NCBI GenBank assembly: GCA_050115495.1
Contig: JASFQK010000006.1
Location: forward strand, 119,790 to 183,789
Direction: 5' to 3'
Source of the DNA: Phycisphaerae bacterium
GTDB lineage: Bacteria; Planctomycetota; Phycisphaerae; UBA1845; Fen-1342
DNA: 64,000 bases
A program made the position numbers and the translations under genes. This document shows, one piece after another, positions 48,379 through 60,290 of the stretch (within the stretch, counting starts at the first letter, position 1; every line of letters starts with the position of its first letter). The notes under the pieces are model-generated. The model was not told where the DNA came from. It searched no databases and saw only the letters and a program-made list of their open reading frames with translations.

Positions 48379-50310
48379 TTAGTCTTCGGCGGCGGCGTCC
48401 AGGATGGAGCGGATGATCTTCCGCCCTTCCTCCAACCCCAGGAAACGCCAGCGCAACACCGGCCGGCCGTCGATGAAGACGGCGGGAATGAAACGCAGGT
48501 TGAGCACCTTCCCCGCGTTGACGTCTTCCTCGATGGCCTGCGTGACCTCGGGCGCATCCATTGCGCTTCGCAGCGCGGCGGCATCGAGGCCGAGGTCGGC
48601 GGCGGCCTGCCCCAGCGCCTCGTCGGTGAGGGCGTCCTGATAGCCGAGCAACCAGTCGTGCACGCGCCAGTACGCGTCCTCGCCACCGACCACGGCCGCG
48701 GCTTCGGCCACCCGCGCCGCCCAGCAGGCCCGGTCGTGGCCCGTCCGTGACACGTTCGGGTTGCAGCTCTGGTCGAAGGGATAGTGACGGAAGGCGTAGT
48801 ACGTGTCGTCGCGGCCAGCCAGCCACTCGCGGACGATGTTGTCGGCCTCGGCGGTCGTGGGCTCCTGGTAATCGCCGAAGATGACGACGGTGACGCGCGG
48901 TTGACCGCCGGTCTGGCCGAGGGCATGGGTGGTTTGATCGACGGGCATGTGCCGGAGCGGCTGCTCGCGCCAATCGCCGACGCACTTCTCGATGGCCTGT
49001 GGGGGTTGGTCGAGGCTGTGGTCACGCGGCTCGGGATGCGTGGCGAGTACAGCCTCCGCGGCGCGAACGACGGCGTTTTGCGCGTACCAACCACGCAGCT
49101 CGACACCGTTGATGAAGATCATCGGCGTCTGAAACAGGCCCAGTTGCTCCGATTCCGCAATGTCCGCCTGCACGCGGCGGAGCGTCTCGGAGCCGGTCAT
49201 GATCTCGACAAAGCCCTCGGGGTCGTAGCCGAGGCTGCGGATCCCCTCGTACAGGGCCTCGGTCGAGGTGAAGACGCCGCTGTGGTCGAAGAGCCACTCA
49301 TGCATGGCGAAGAAGCCCTCGTCACCCCAGAGGATGCCGGCGGCTTCGGCGGCGCGGGCTGCCCAGCAGGCATTGCTGTGCAGCGTGCGCGTGGCTCGCT
49401 GGTTGCACGATTGGTCGAACGGGGCCTGCTTCACCGAGAACGAGACGTCCTTGTGTTTGGCCAGCAGCGTGCGGATCTCACCCTCGATGCGCCTGCAATC
49501 CCGGCACTGGTAGTCGGTGAAGATCACCAGGCGCACCGCGGCCTTCTCCGGTCCCTGGAGATAGCGGCCGCGAAAACCAACCGAGCCGGCGGGCGCCGTC
49601 GTCAGCGGGCCGTCGTCCTCACTCGGACCGGTGGCGGTGACGTTGACCGGTTGTGACTGCGACGCGGCGGCGGCGTTCTGCGTGGTCGCCGCGATGATCT
49701 TCTGCGTGGCCTCTTGCAGCTCCTGCTCGCCGCGCTTCTCGAGTTCGTAACGGGCGTGCCACTCGAATCCGGCCAGCACGACCGTACCCAGCACGTACAC
49801 GGTGCAGGCGGTGCCGAGCGCCGGCATCGACCAGCGGCCGCGGGCCCGTGCGCATTCCATGACCAGCCAGAAGACGAAGTTCGCCGCGTGGCAGGCCACG
49901 CAATACTGGCACACATGCCCTTCGACGAACATGATAATGGTGAAGCCGATCGAGATCAGCAGGCCCAGCCGCACGCCGGCGCGGGCCAGCGCCGGCAGGC
50001 CACGCGGGCTGCCCAGCCAGAACACCAGCAACGCCAGGAAGTAAGTGAGGCCCAGATACGCCACTGGCCACTGCACGCCCGGGACTCTCGCCCAGACACT
50101 CTTGGCAGCCTCGGCACAGCCGCTGCCTTCGCCGCAACCGGGCAGACTCAGGCCGCTCAGGTGCTCCAGCGAGAGCATGACCGACATGACGACAGCGACG
50201 ATCAGCGCGAGCGTGCCGATCACGCGCAGCGGCAGCGGGATCATCGCCACCGCGGGCGCCGGAGTCTTCGTGGTCTGTGTCTGTGCTCGCTGATGGCTGC
50301 GCTTACTCAT
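48379..50310 (-). CDS. VKOR-DsbA-DsbA' fusion (disulfide-bond formation)
   Basis: VKOR loop CGEGSGC and CQYC; FTDYQCRDC; second Trx domain FGDYQEPTT; TP/IP cis-Pro loops. Confidence 0.85.
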   Translation of the reverse strand: MSKRSHQRAQTQTTKTPAPAVAMIPLPLRVIGTLALIVAVVMSVMLSLEHLSGLSLPGCGEGSGCAEAAKSVWARVPGVQWPVAYLGLTYFLALLVFWLGSPRGLPALARAGVRLGLLISIGFTIIMFVEGHVCQYCVACHAANFVFWLVMECARARGRWSMPALGTACTVYVLGTVVLAGFEWHARYELEKRGEQELQEATQKIIAATTQNAAAASQSQPVNVTATGPSEDDGPLTTAPAGSVGFRGRYLQGPEKAAVRLVIFTDYQCRDCRRIEGEIRTLLAKHKDVSFSVKQAPFDQSCNQRATRTLHSNACWAARAAEAAGILWGDEGFFAMHEWLFDHSGVFTSTEALYEGIRSLGYDPEGFVEIMTGSETLRRVQADIAESEQLGLFQTPMIFINGVELRGWYAQNAVVRAAEAVLATHPEPRDHSLDQPPQAIEKCVGDWREQPLRHMPVDQTTHALGQTGGQPRVTVVIFGDYQEPTTAEADNIVREWLAGRDDTYYAFRHYPFDQSCNPNVSRTGHDRACWAARVAEAAAVVGGEDAYWRVHDWLLGYQDALTDEALGQAAADLGLDAAALRSAMDAPEVTQAIEEDVNAGKVLNLRFIPAVFIDGRPVLRWRFLGLEEGRKIIRSILDAAAED

Positions 50311-50474
50311 GCGGTCCTCAGGCGTCGTCGATCGTCGGTGGAAGCGCACGACGCGTGGCGAATCTCGCCGCCGGCGGACTCGCCTCCGCGGTCGGCATCG
50401 TTTAGTGTAGCCGGCAGACGGGGCGGGACAAAGACGTCCGGGCCACGCGCCCGGCCGTCAAGGATGATCGAAGC

Positions 50475-50939
50475 ATGCCTGTGGAATCACGGAAAAGCCC
50501 AATATCCCCCAGCGCGGCACCGTCAGGACGCCAGCTTCGCCGAACCTGTCACCCGGCCTGCTTCGCCTGCCGGCGGCGCGAGGAGGGCGGCCTGGGACTG
50601 AACTTCGTCGAGCAGGACGATGGCTCCGTCGTCGGACACTTCGACTGCGAAGAGCGCTACCAGAGCTATCCGGACCGCGTGCACGGCGGCGTGGTCGCCA
50701 TGCTGCTCGATGCGGCGATGACGCATTGCCTGTTTCATCACGGCGTAGCCGGCGTTACCGGACGCCTGAACGTGGCGTTCCGCGAACCCTTGCGGATCGG
50801 GCCGCAGGCCGAGATCCGCGCCGTCGTGCAGGAGTCGAACCCGCGGCTGTACCGGCTGCGGGCGGAAGTGCACCAGGAAAGCCGCCTGGTGGCGTACGCC
50901 GAGGGGAAGTTCGTACCACACGTCAGCGCCAAGAGCTGA
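50475..50939 (+). CDS. PaaI family (hotdog) thioesterase
   Basis: CFAC..GLGL, HGGVVAMLLDAAM. Confidence 0.85.
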   Translation: MPVESRKSPISPSAAPSGRQLRRTCHPACFACRRREEGGLGLNFVEQDDGSVVGHFDCEERYQSYPDRVHGGVVAMLLDAAMTHCLFHHGVAGVTGRLNVAFREPLRIGPQAEIRAVVQESNPRLYRLRAEVHQESRLVAYAEGKFVPHVSAKS

Positions 50940-50954
50940 GGCCGGCCGTCGTCT

Positions 50955-52991
50955 TCAGGAGGGGCGACCGGGTTCGGACAGACCGCCCTGCGTTTCGAGC
51001 CACGCGCGGAGCGTCTCGGCCACGGACCAGGCCTGGGCGATGCAGCCGCGCGGGGCGTGGGGCTCGTCACCGTCGAAAATCTCGCTGAGCGAGCCGACGC
51101 CGTGCGTCCAGAGCTGGCCGAGCATCGGCTCAAGGAACCGGCGGGCCTGCTCGGCATCCTGGTGAACGCGGTAGTGGGCGAGGACGAACGGCCCGAGCAA
51201 CCAACCCCAGGCCGTGCCCTGGTGATAGGCTTCGTCACGGGAGGCCAGATCGCCGCTGCACTGGCCGTGATAGCCGGGCTCGTCGCGAGCCAGCGAGCGC
51301 AGGCCGTACCACGTCAGCAGCTCATCCGCGCACGTGTCGACCACACCGCGCTGCTGGGCGGCGGTCAGCGGCGAGTGCTTGAGCGAGACGGCGAAGATCT
51401 GGTTCGGCCGCCGCGTGGGGTCGTCGCCGTGCGCGCTGTCCAGCACATCGTAGCAGCAGCCACGCGACTCATTCCAGTACCGGCGGAACGACCAGCGGGT
51501 GCGCTCGGCGAGCTCTTCGAAGCGTTCGCCCGGCTCGCCGAGAAAGCGGGCCAGCCGGGCCATGTTGCACAGCCCGTCGTACCACAGCGCCGAGAGCTCG
51601 ACCGGCTTGCCCATGCGCGGCGTGATCACGCGGTCGCCGAGCTTGGCGTCCATCCAGGTAAGGTTGATGCCTTCCTCGCCGGCGCGGACCAGCCCGTCGT
51701 CGCCGACGTACAGATTGTGACGCGTACCGCGCAGGTGCCAGTCGACGATGTCGACCATGATGGGGAAGAGCTCGGCGAGCGTATCGCGGTCGCCGGTGGC
51801 GGCCATGTATTGGTCGATGGCCCACAGGTACCAGAGCGTGGCGTCGGCGGTGTGGTATTCGGGTGTGTCGCCCCGGTCGGGAAAGCGGTTGGGGATCATG
51901 CCGCCATCGACGTAGCGCGACCAGGTGCGCAGGACGCTGCGGGCCACGTCGAACCGGCCCGTGCACAGCGTCAGCCCAGGTAGCGCGATCATCGTGTCGC
52001 GGCCCCAGTCGGTGAACCACGGGTAGCCGGCGATGACCGTATAACCCGGCTCACCGTCCGCCCCGGTGCGAGCGACGATGAACTGGTCCGCGGCCAGGGC
52101 AAGCTGCCGAACCGGGCCGGGTATCGCTCCGTCCTCGGCCCCCGCCTGCTGCTCGAACGTGCCGCAGCGCTGCAAGGCGGTGTTCTGACAGCGGACCAGC
52201 GCGGTCGAATCGGCGGGAGCGGCCTCGGCTTCGGCGGAGAATGCGAACGTCAGGGCCCGCCCCGGCACCAGCGCCACCTGACAATGACCGACGCAGCAGT
52301 GGTCCTCCATGAAGTCCTGGCCGCGCGACTCCTCGACCGGCAGGCGGAAGTCGCGATACCACGTCTGTTCCGGCGTCCAGGCGGCTGAAGGCGCGCTGCA
52401 CTGCACGTGCACCAGCGGACCGCCGTCCGGCGTGCGCACCTCCGCCCCGCGCGACACGGTGGCCAATTCGAACGGCCGGTCCCAATGGTGCCGCAGCGTG
52501 TGGTAGTCACGGTAGTTGACCAGCAGCGTGCCGTGAAAGACCACCGGCCGGCTGCGCTCATCGAGCTCGTACTGCACGTACGTCGTGTTCCGCCCCGGTT
52601 CCATCCAGATCCGGCGGGTCAGCGCCGCCCCGGGCAGTTCGAAACGCCACGTCGGCACGCCGAGCAGCAAATCGAACCGGCGGAGCCAGCGGCAACCGTG
52701 CTCGGCCCCGACGCCGTCACCCCAGCAATTGGCGTGCAGCGGGTAGCGCCGGCCACCCAACTCCGCCCATTCGTCGAGCTTGGCGACCAGCAGCGTGCGA
52801 CCCAGCGGCGGTCGCAGGGCCGCCATTAGCAGGCCGTGATACCGGCGGGTGAGCGCCCCGGCGACCGTCCCGCAGGCGAAGCCGCCGATACCATTGGTCA
52901 CCAGCCATTCGCGGCGGAGGGCCTCGCCGACGTCAGCGCAAAGACGGGCCGGCAAATGGATCGTCGGGGGCTGGGCAAGCGTGTTTCTCAT
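50955..52991 (-). CDS. Glycogen debranching enzyme (amylo-alpha-1,6-glucosidase, archaeal type)
   Basis: REWLVTNGIGGFA, TRRYHGLL, IAGYPWFTDWGRDTMI, TWMDAK, YHQGTAW, QAWSVAE. Confidence 0.92.
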   Translation of the reverse strand: MRNTLAQPPTIHLPARLCADVGEALRREWLVTNGIGGFACGTVAGALTRRYHGLLMAALRPPLGRTLLVAKLDEWAELGGRRYPLHANCWGDGVGAEHGCRWLRRFDLLLGVPTWRFELPGAALTRRIWMEPGRNTTYVQYELDERSRPVVFHGTLLVNYRDYHTLRHHWDRPFELATVSRGAEVRTPDGGPLVHVQCSAPSAAWTPEQTWYRDFRLPVEESRGQDFMEDHCCVGHCQVALVPGRALTFAFSAEAEAAPADSTALVRCQNTALQRCGTFEQQAGAEDGAIPGPVRQLALAADQFIVARTGADGEPGYTVIAGYPWFTDWGRDTMIALPGLTLCTGRFDVARSVLRTWSRYVDGGMIPNRFPDRGDTPEYHTADATLWYLWAIDQYMAATGDRDTLAELFPIMVDIVDWHLRGTRHNLYVGDDGLVRAGEEGINLTWMDAKLGDRVITPRMGKPVELSALWYDGLCNMARLARFLGEPGERFEELAERTRWSFRRYWNESRGCCYDVLDSAHGDDPTRRPNQIFAVSLKHSPLTAAQQRGVVDTCADELLTWYGLRSLARDEPGYHGQCSGDLASRDEAYHQGTAWGWLLGPFVLAHYRVHQDAEQARRFLEPMLGQLWTHGVGSLSEIFDGDEPHAPRGCIAQAWSVAETLRAWLETQGGLSEPGRPS

Positions 52992-53024
52992 CGTTCCATC
53001 CCGGTGGGCGAGCCGCCGCGCAGG

Positions 53025-54707
53025 TCAGGACGACTCCGCCGGCTGCAAGGCCTGGTGCACCGCGTCGATCAGTTGCTCCACCTTGAACGGCTTGAAGAGC
53101 ACGGCGGCCAGCCCCTCCTTGCTGGCCCGCACGATGGAGTGGTCGGGGTCGTAGCCGAAGCCGGTGACCAGTATGACGGGGCAATGGATGTTGGCCTGGC
53201 GGGCGGCGGCGAAGACCTCGTAGCCGGTGCAATACGGCATCTTGATGTCGGACACGACCAGGTCGAAGTGCTGCGAACGGATCATGGCCAGGGCTTCCTG
53301 GCCGTCGCGAGCCATCGTAGTCAGGGCCCCACCCTTGGCCAGCACGTCGGAGATCGTCTCGCGGATGATGTCCTCGTCCTCGGCGACCAGGATGCGCCGG
53401 CCGTCGAGCTGCGGGTCAATGACGGTCGTCTCAGGCACGAGCCCGCGAACGCCGGTGACCTGCGTGATGGACTGCATCCTGCGCTTGACCTGCTCGACGC
53501 CGTCGACGATGGCCTGTAACCGGTCCCGGAGCTCGCCCTCGGCGCCGCGGTCCGCGATGAGACGCGTGGCGATCGCCACAATGTCGTTCAGCGGGACGGA
53601 CAGCTCGGTGGCCACATCGTCGGCGATCTGCCCGGTCGTGGTCGAACGCTCCACGGCGAGCAGCTTCAGCATGTGCAGGGCGATGGCGATATGCCGCCCG
53701 AAAATCTCGGCGAATTGCCGGTCATCCTCGGTGAAACCGGCGACCTCTTCCGACTCGACGTCGAGCACGCCGACGACCTGGTCGTGCAGGCGCAGCGGCA
53801 CCGTCAGCGATGAGCCCGCCTGGTCGAGCCCGGCCAGATAGCGCGGGTCCTGGCTGACGTCCGGGCAGAGGTACGAGCGACCGGTCGCGGCCACGTAGCC
53901 GGAAATGCCATTACCGTCGACCGTGGCGAAGAGCGTCTTCGAGCGGGCTTCTTCCGGCAGGCCGCTGGCCACGACGGTCTCAAGCTTGTTCGTATGCTTG
54001 TCGAGCACGCGGACGACGAAGTGGTCGAAATTCAGCAGCTCGTGGGCATAGCGGTTGATGCTCTCTTCGAGCAGCGCCAAGCGGCCACCGACGTCGAGCT
54101 GTTCAATCGTCTCCGTGTCCAGCCGGACGAGCTCGCGGCCGGCGGCGTCGATGGCGTTGATCTTCTCCTGAAGGCGGTGGCGGGACGTCACGTCCAGGGC
54201 CAGGCCGACCACCTCCTGCACCTGCTGGGCAGCGGTCATCAGCGGAGCCACGGTCAGGTCGAAGACATGGTCATCGCCGATGGGCACCGTGCGGTGACGG
54301 GCCGCGGGATCGGTGCCGGTCGCCCCGATCACCATCTCGGAGCAGACTTCGGCGCATTGTTGCCGCAACGCGTCCTGAACCTCGCCGGCGAAAGCGCGAA
54401 ACCGCGCATTACCCCAGACAAGCGTCCCCTGGCGATCGGTGATGTAGAGAGCTTGCCCGATCTGCTCGACGATATGCTCGGCCCGCTCGCGAGCCTCGGC
54501 CCGGGCGAGCGGGAACAGGTCGGTCGGCGTGGCCACGACCACGTCGTACAGCCCGGTGCGCAGGGCGGACAGCGCCTCTTCCCGGGACGCCACACCGTGC
54601 ACGTCCCACCGCTGCCGCAGGGCGTCCAACAGGTCCTGATGAGCCTGCAAGGCCCTGGCCAGGGCGAGCACTCGGGCGCCGCCGCCATCTGGAGTTTCCG
54701 CCGACAT
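53025..54707 (-). CDS. PAS-GAF-pseudo-HisKA-REC signalling protein
   Basis: GAF (GISGYVAATG..DPRYL, VPL..VVGVLDVES); REC (AEDE, SDIKMP, FKPF). Confidence 0.85.
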   Translation of the reverse strand: MSAETPDGGGARVLALARALQAHQDLLDALRQRWDVHGVASREEALSALRTGLYDVVVATPTDLFPLARAEARERAEHIVEQIGQALYITDRQGTLVWGNARFRAFAGEVQDALRQQCAEVCSEMVIGATGTDPAARHRTVPIGDDHVFDLTVAPLMTAAQQVQEVVGLALDVTSRHRLQEKINAIDAAGRELVRLDTETIEQLDVGGRLALLEESINRYAHELLNFDHFVVRVLDKHTNKLETVVASGLPEEARSKTLFATVDGNGISGYVAATGRSYLCPDVSQDPRYLAGLDQAGSSLTVPLRLHDQVVGVLDVESEEVAGFTEDDRQFAEIFGRHIAIALHMLKLLAVERSTTTGQIADDVATELSVPLNDIVAIATRLIADRGAEGELRDRLQAIVDGVEQVKRRMQSITQVTGVRGLVPETTVIDPQLDGRRILVAEDEDIIRETISDVLAKGGALTTMARDGQEALAMIRSQHFDLVVSDIKMPYCTGYEVFAAARQANIHCPVILVTGFGYDPDHSIVRASKEGLAAVLFKPFKVEQLIDAVHQALQPAESS

Positions 54708-54893
54708 ACAACGCTTCCGCCGCACCAGGCGGCACCCGCACCGAACCGGAAGCGCCGGCCCGCGGGTGCCGAATGACCGATCATCCCGACCGCCGCGGCA
54801 CTGTCAAGCGCCAAAGCTGCGCGTCCCGGAACCGGTTCAGATGAAGTTCCCGAGACGCCGTGTCCGGGCGAAACGCGACACGCCCCCAACGCC

Positions 54894-54923
54894 TTGACGG
54901 TTTGCTGCCAACAGAGCTAAACT
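54894..54923 (+). promoter_or_regulatory. Putative atp operon promoter
   Basis: TTGACG-N18-TAAACT. Confidence 0.4.
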
Positions 54924-55016
54924 CCCTCGTCCCGCCAGCCCGAAGGGAAAGCGAGCCGGCAGTCCACGGCGGTAGGCGGTTTGGGCCGTGGAGATTTCGC
55001 GAGATGCTGGAAATTT

Positions 55017-55274
55017 GTGGATGCTGAAGACGTGTCCAGCCCCGGTCGTGACGGTGGCGACAGACGCGACGGACCGCAGTTGCCGCTTGGATGGGCGCGG
55101 CAATACGTCCTCGTGCTCGAGTTCCTTGCCTATCTGGCAGTTCTCGGGTATCTGGGCGCGCGTGCGGACGAGCGCTGGCACTGTCAGCCGTGGGGGCTGC
55201 TCGGCGGCCTGCTGCTGGCAACGGCCGTAGGCGTGTACCGGATGATCCGCGAGGCGAGCAAGCTGGAGCGGTGA
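55017..55274 (+). CDS. atpZ: AtpZ/AtpI-family small membrane protein
   Basis: GYLG..ADERW..PWGLLGGLLL pattern; first gene of the atp operon; start uncertain. Confidence 0.7.
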   Translation: MDAEDVSSPGRDGGDRRDGPQLPLGWARQYVLVLEFLAYLAVLGYLGARADERWHCQPWGLLGGLLLATAVGVYRMIREASKLER

Positions 55275-55280
55275 GCAGAC

Positions 55281-55688
55281 GTGAAATACGTCCTCCTGCA
55301 ACTGGCCATACTGCTGGGCAGCGGCACCCTGCTCGTTGCCGTCGGCTACACCTTCACCGAAGCACGCTGGGGCGCGGAGGGTCTCCAGAGTATGTGGGCC
55401 GCCGCCGGCATTTGCCTGTTTACCGCGATCGTGGCGGCAATCCCCCTGGGCTTCGCCGCGACCTGGTGGCCGCAGTGGATCGGTCACGCCGTCCTCGCGG
55501 GGACGACAATCCGTCTTTTCGCCACCGCGATGCTGGGCCTGGCGTGGCAAATGGTCGGCAACGTGCACCTGGTTTCGTTCCTAGCCTGGCTATTGGCGTT
55601 ATATCTTCTACTGCTCGTAGCCGAAACTATATTCAGTGCCGTCCTCGTGCGGCGAACGTGTTTCCCCGGGACCGCTGAGAAACGGTGA
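55281..55688 (+). CDS. atpI: ATP synthase protein I-like 4-TM protein
   Basis: Four TM segments, position before atpB, TGATG overlap. Confidence 0.65.
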   Translation: MKYVLLQLAILLGSGTLLVAVGYTFTEARWGAEGLQSMWAAAGICLFTAIVAAIPLGFAATWWPQWIGHAVLAGTTIRLFATAMLGLAWQMVGNVHLVSFLAWLLALYLLLLVAETIFSAVLVRRTCFPGTAEKR

Positions 55689-56734
55689 TGATGCTCCCCA
55701 CCTGGCTGTTGGCCGCTCATGATCCGGTGGACCACGTGCTGCCGCACGCCTTCTTCCGGCTGCTGCCATTCAACCTCGATTTCGGCCAGAAGCAGATCCC
55801 GCTGCTCGGGTTCAGCACCGGCTCCGGGGCCCTCTACTTCACCAACCACCTGCTCATGACACTCGTGGCGGCGGTCCTCTGCCTGCTGATCTTCCCCCGA
55901 ATCGCCCGCTCCTACAGCCTGAAAGGCGGCGAGCCGCGGGCCCCCAAGGGCCTCGCGAACTTCTTCGAGCTGTTTCTGCAATTCGTCCGGCAGGACGTGG
56001 CCCGGCCGGTGCTGAAGCACCGCACCGACGCCTATGTCCCGTTCCTGTGGACGCTCTTCTTCTTCATTCTGTTCTGCAACCTGCTCGGCATGATCCCCCT
56101 GGCCGAGATCATCAGCATGCTTAGCGGCGGCCGCCTCGAACACATCGGCGGCACGGCCACCGGAAACCTGGCCGTAACCGGCGGGCTGGCCATCTGTGCC
56201 TTCTTCATGATCCACGTTGCCGGCGTGCGCGAGGTCTACCGCGGCCTGCGCACCGGCACCTATGGCCATCACGGACATGACGAGGGCGGCCACGGCGAGG
56301 CGGAGCACGCCGCACATGGTACGACACGATCCGCCGGTGCCGCCGCGGCACTGGCCTTCCCGCTCTACATCTGGAATTTCGCCCCGCACGTATTCAAGCC
56401 GGCTCCTGACGCCAAGGTGGCGGTGAAGGTCCCGCTGACCGTGCTGGACACCTTGATGTGGATGGGGCTACTGGTCCTCGAACTGCTCGGGGCGATCATC
56501 AAGCCTTTCGCCCTGATGATTCGTCTTTTTGCCAACATGATCGCCGGGCATATCGTCCTGGCGTCGATCTTGCTGTTGATTCCGGCGGCCGGCACGTACG
56601 TAGCGGGAGTGACCAGCGCGGCGGGTTGCCTCGCGCTGAGCTGCCTGGAGCTGTTTGTCGCCGTGTTACAGGCGTATATCTTTGTGTTCCTGACGACGCT
56701 GTTCATCAGCATGGCGGTGGCGCCGGAACACTAG
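55688..56734 (+). CDS. atpB: ATP synthase Fo subunit a
   Basis: NLLGMIP, TATGN, IKPFALMIRLFANMIAGH, ELFVAVLQAYIF. Confidence 0.95.
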   Translation: MMLPTWLLAAHDPVDHVLPHAFFRLLPFNLDFGQKQIPLLGFSTGSGALYFTNHLLMTLVAAVLCLLIFPRIARSYSLKGGEPRAPKGLANFFELFLQFVRQDVARPVLKHRTDAYVPFLWTLFFFILFCNLLGMIPLAEIISMLSGGRLEHIGGTATGNLAVTGGLAICAFFMIHVAGVREVYRGLRTGTYGHHGHDEGGHGEAEHAAHGTTRSAGAAAALAFPLYIWNFAPHVFKPAPDAKVAVKVPLTVLDTLMWMGLLVLELLGAIIKPFALMIRLFANMIAGHIVLASILLLIPAAGTYVAGVTSAAGCLALSCLELFVAVLQAYIFVFLTTLFISMAVAPEH

Positions 56735-56869
56735 AGCGGAACCGAGGCGCGGCCCGCGACGGGCGGCCGCGCTGTCATAGAACGAAGAACTTGGGTAGCC
56801 GGTGCCCGGTCGCGTATCGCTCAAGGCCGGCGAGTGCGGTCGATCCTACAACACAGGGAGACGTGTGGC

Positions 56870-57181
56870 ATGCTCACGACGCTCGCAGCGGATGGAATGG
56901 TCCTGTTCAGTGACATGGGGCTGATGGCCCTGGGTGCCGGGATTGGCGCGGGGCTGACCACCCTCGGTGCGGCCAAGGGCATCGGGCACCTGGCCGGCAG
57001 CGCCGTCGAATCCATGGCTCGCCAGCCGGAAGTGCGCGGCAACGCGTTCCTGGCGATGATCATCGCCGCGGCCCTCATCGAAGGCTTCACCTTCTTCGCC
57101 CTGGTCGTCTGCAACGGCGCCGTCGGCCAGATCGGCAAGCTGGTCGAGATCGCCCAGAAGGCGGCCGGCATCTCGGGATGA
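56870..57181 (+). CDS. atpE: ATP synthase Fo subunit c (H+-type)
   Basis: GAGIGAG, MARQPE, ALIEG (no Q...ES/T Na+ signature). Confidence 0.95.
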   Translation: MLTTLAADGMVLFSDMGLMALGAGIGAGLTTLGAAKGIGHLAGSAVESMARQPEVRGNAFLAMIIAAALIEGFTFFALVVCNGAVGQIGKLVEIAQKAAGISG

Positions 57182-57235
57182 TCACCCGCCGGCGGTCGGC
57201 GGCCCACGGGCCACTGTGATTCAGGGAAACTGCGC

Positions 57236-57928
57236 ATGCGCATCATCCAATACATGCTGGCGGGTCTGTTGCTGGCGGCCACCGCAGGGCGCGCCCCGGC
57301 AATGCAGCACGAGGCCACCGCCCCGCCCGACGACGCCGCTCAGCCCGCCGCCGTCCACGAGACGGCCGCCCCCGAGGCCGAACACGGCGGACATGGTGGA
57401 CACAACGAGGGGCCGCGTCCGGCTCTGCTGACGTTCGATCCCGGCGTGGCCCTGTGGACGATCATCGTCTTCGTGGCCCTGCTGATCCTCCTGCGCACGC
57501 TCGCCTGGAAGCGCCTCCTGGGGGCGCTCCAGCAGCGCGAAGCCTTCATCCAGAACTCCATCGACGAGGCTCGCGACCAGCGCGTCGAGGCCGAGAAGCT
57601 CGTGGCCGACTACCGAGCCCAACTGGAAAAAGCCCGGGCCGAAGCCACCGCCATCGTCGAGGAGAGCCGTCGCGACGCCGAGGAAGTCCGCCGCCGCCTT
57701 CAGGAGGAGGCCCACAAGGACGCCGAGGAGCTCGTGGCCCGGGCCCGGCGGGAGATCAAGCTGGCCAAGGACACGGCGGTGAAGGAGCTGTACGACCGGA
57801 CGGCGGACCTCGCGGTCCAGGTGGCGACCGGCGTTATCGGCAAAGAGCTGAGCGACGCCGACCATCGCCGACTGATCGACGAGTCGCTGGCCGAGCTCCG
57901 AGCGGTGGACAAGGGCAGCCTGAACTGA
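57236..57928 (+). CDS. atpF: ATP synthase Fo subunit b with N-terminal extension
   Basis: WTIIVFVALLILL..AWK..L..RE..I followed by a coiled coil. Confidence 0.92.
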   Translation: MRIIQYMLAGLLLAATAGRAPAMQHEATAPPDDAAQPAAVHETAAPEAEHGGHGGHNEGPRPALLTFDPGVALWTIIVFVALLILLRTLAWKRLLGALQQREAFIQNSIDEARDQRVEAEKLVADYRAQLEKARAEATAIVEESRRDAEEVRRRLQEEAHKDAEELVARARREIKLAKDTAVKELYDRTADLAVQVATGVIGKELSDADHRRLIDESLAELRAVDKGSLN

Positions 57929-57955
57929 CGGGCCGCCAGGGAGTAGCAGCCGATC

Positions 57956-58543
57956 ATGAGCGAGTCGATCGCTGAAGCGCTGCCGGTCGCCGACGTGTAC
58001 GCCGCAGCTCTGTTCGAGCTGGCCAGCGAGGCGAACCAGATCTCGGCGGTACGCGCCGAGCTGGAAGAGCTCGCCCGGCTGGCGGAGATGGAGCCGACGT
58101 TCATCGCCTTCCTCGATTCGGCGGCGGTGGACGACGACAAGCGGGCGGCCAGCCTCGAAAAGATGTTCCGCGGCCGCCTGAGCGACATGGTGCTGAACAC
58201 GCTGCTGGTGATGAACCGGCACGGGCGGGCCGGCATGCTGGCCGCCCTGCTGCGCTGCTACGTGCTGCGCGAGGAGCACGCCCGCGGCCAGATCGAAGTG
58301 CGGGCCACGTCCGCGGTCGAGCTCAGCGTCGAGCAGCGCCAGGCCGTCGAGCAGTGGGCCGGCGAGATTTCCGGCCGGGACCCGCTGGTCGAGTACGTGG
58401 TGGACGCGAGCGTCCTCGGCGGCGTGGTGGTCGAGATTGGCGACTACCGCTTCGACCATTCCGTGCAGCGCCACCTGCACACGGCCCGCACCCGGCTGCT
58501 CGATCGTAGCGACCGCGGCTTGAAGATCGGCATCGAAGAGTAA
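57956..58543 (+). CDS. atpH: ATP synthase F1 subunit delta
   Basis: [28 protein letters not shown]. Confidence 0.92.
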   Translation: MSESIAEALPVADVYAAALFELASEANQISAVRAELEELARLAEMEPTFIAFLDSAAVDDDKRAASLEKMFRGRLSDMVLNTLLVMNRHGRAGMLAALLRCYVLREEHARGQIEVRATSAVELSVEQRQAVEQWAGEISGRDPLVEYVVDASVLGGVVVEIGDYRFDHSVQRHLHTARTRLLDRSDRGLKIGIEE

Positions 58544-58616
58544 GCATGGTTCCGAACGGATTTCGTCCGAGGCACGACCGACAACCAGTAACGCTGCCCG
58601 GCGGAGAGACGCAGGC

Positions 58617-60287
<1,671 letters not shown>

Positions 60288-60290
60288 ACC

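Noticed and set aside
56870..57181. Na+-translocating or N-type ATPase
   Set aside because: The c subunit lacks the Na+ ligands and the gene order is standard F-type
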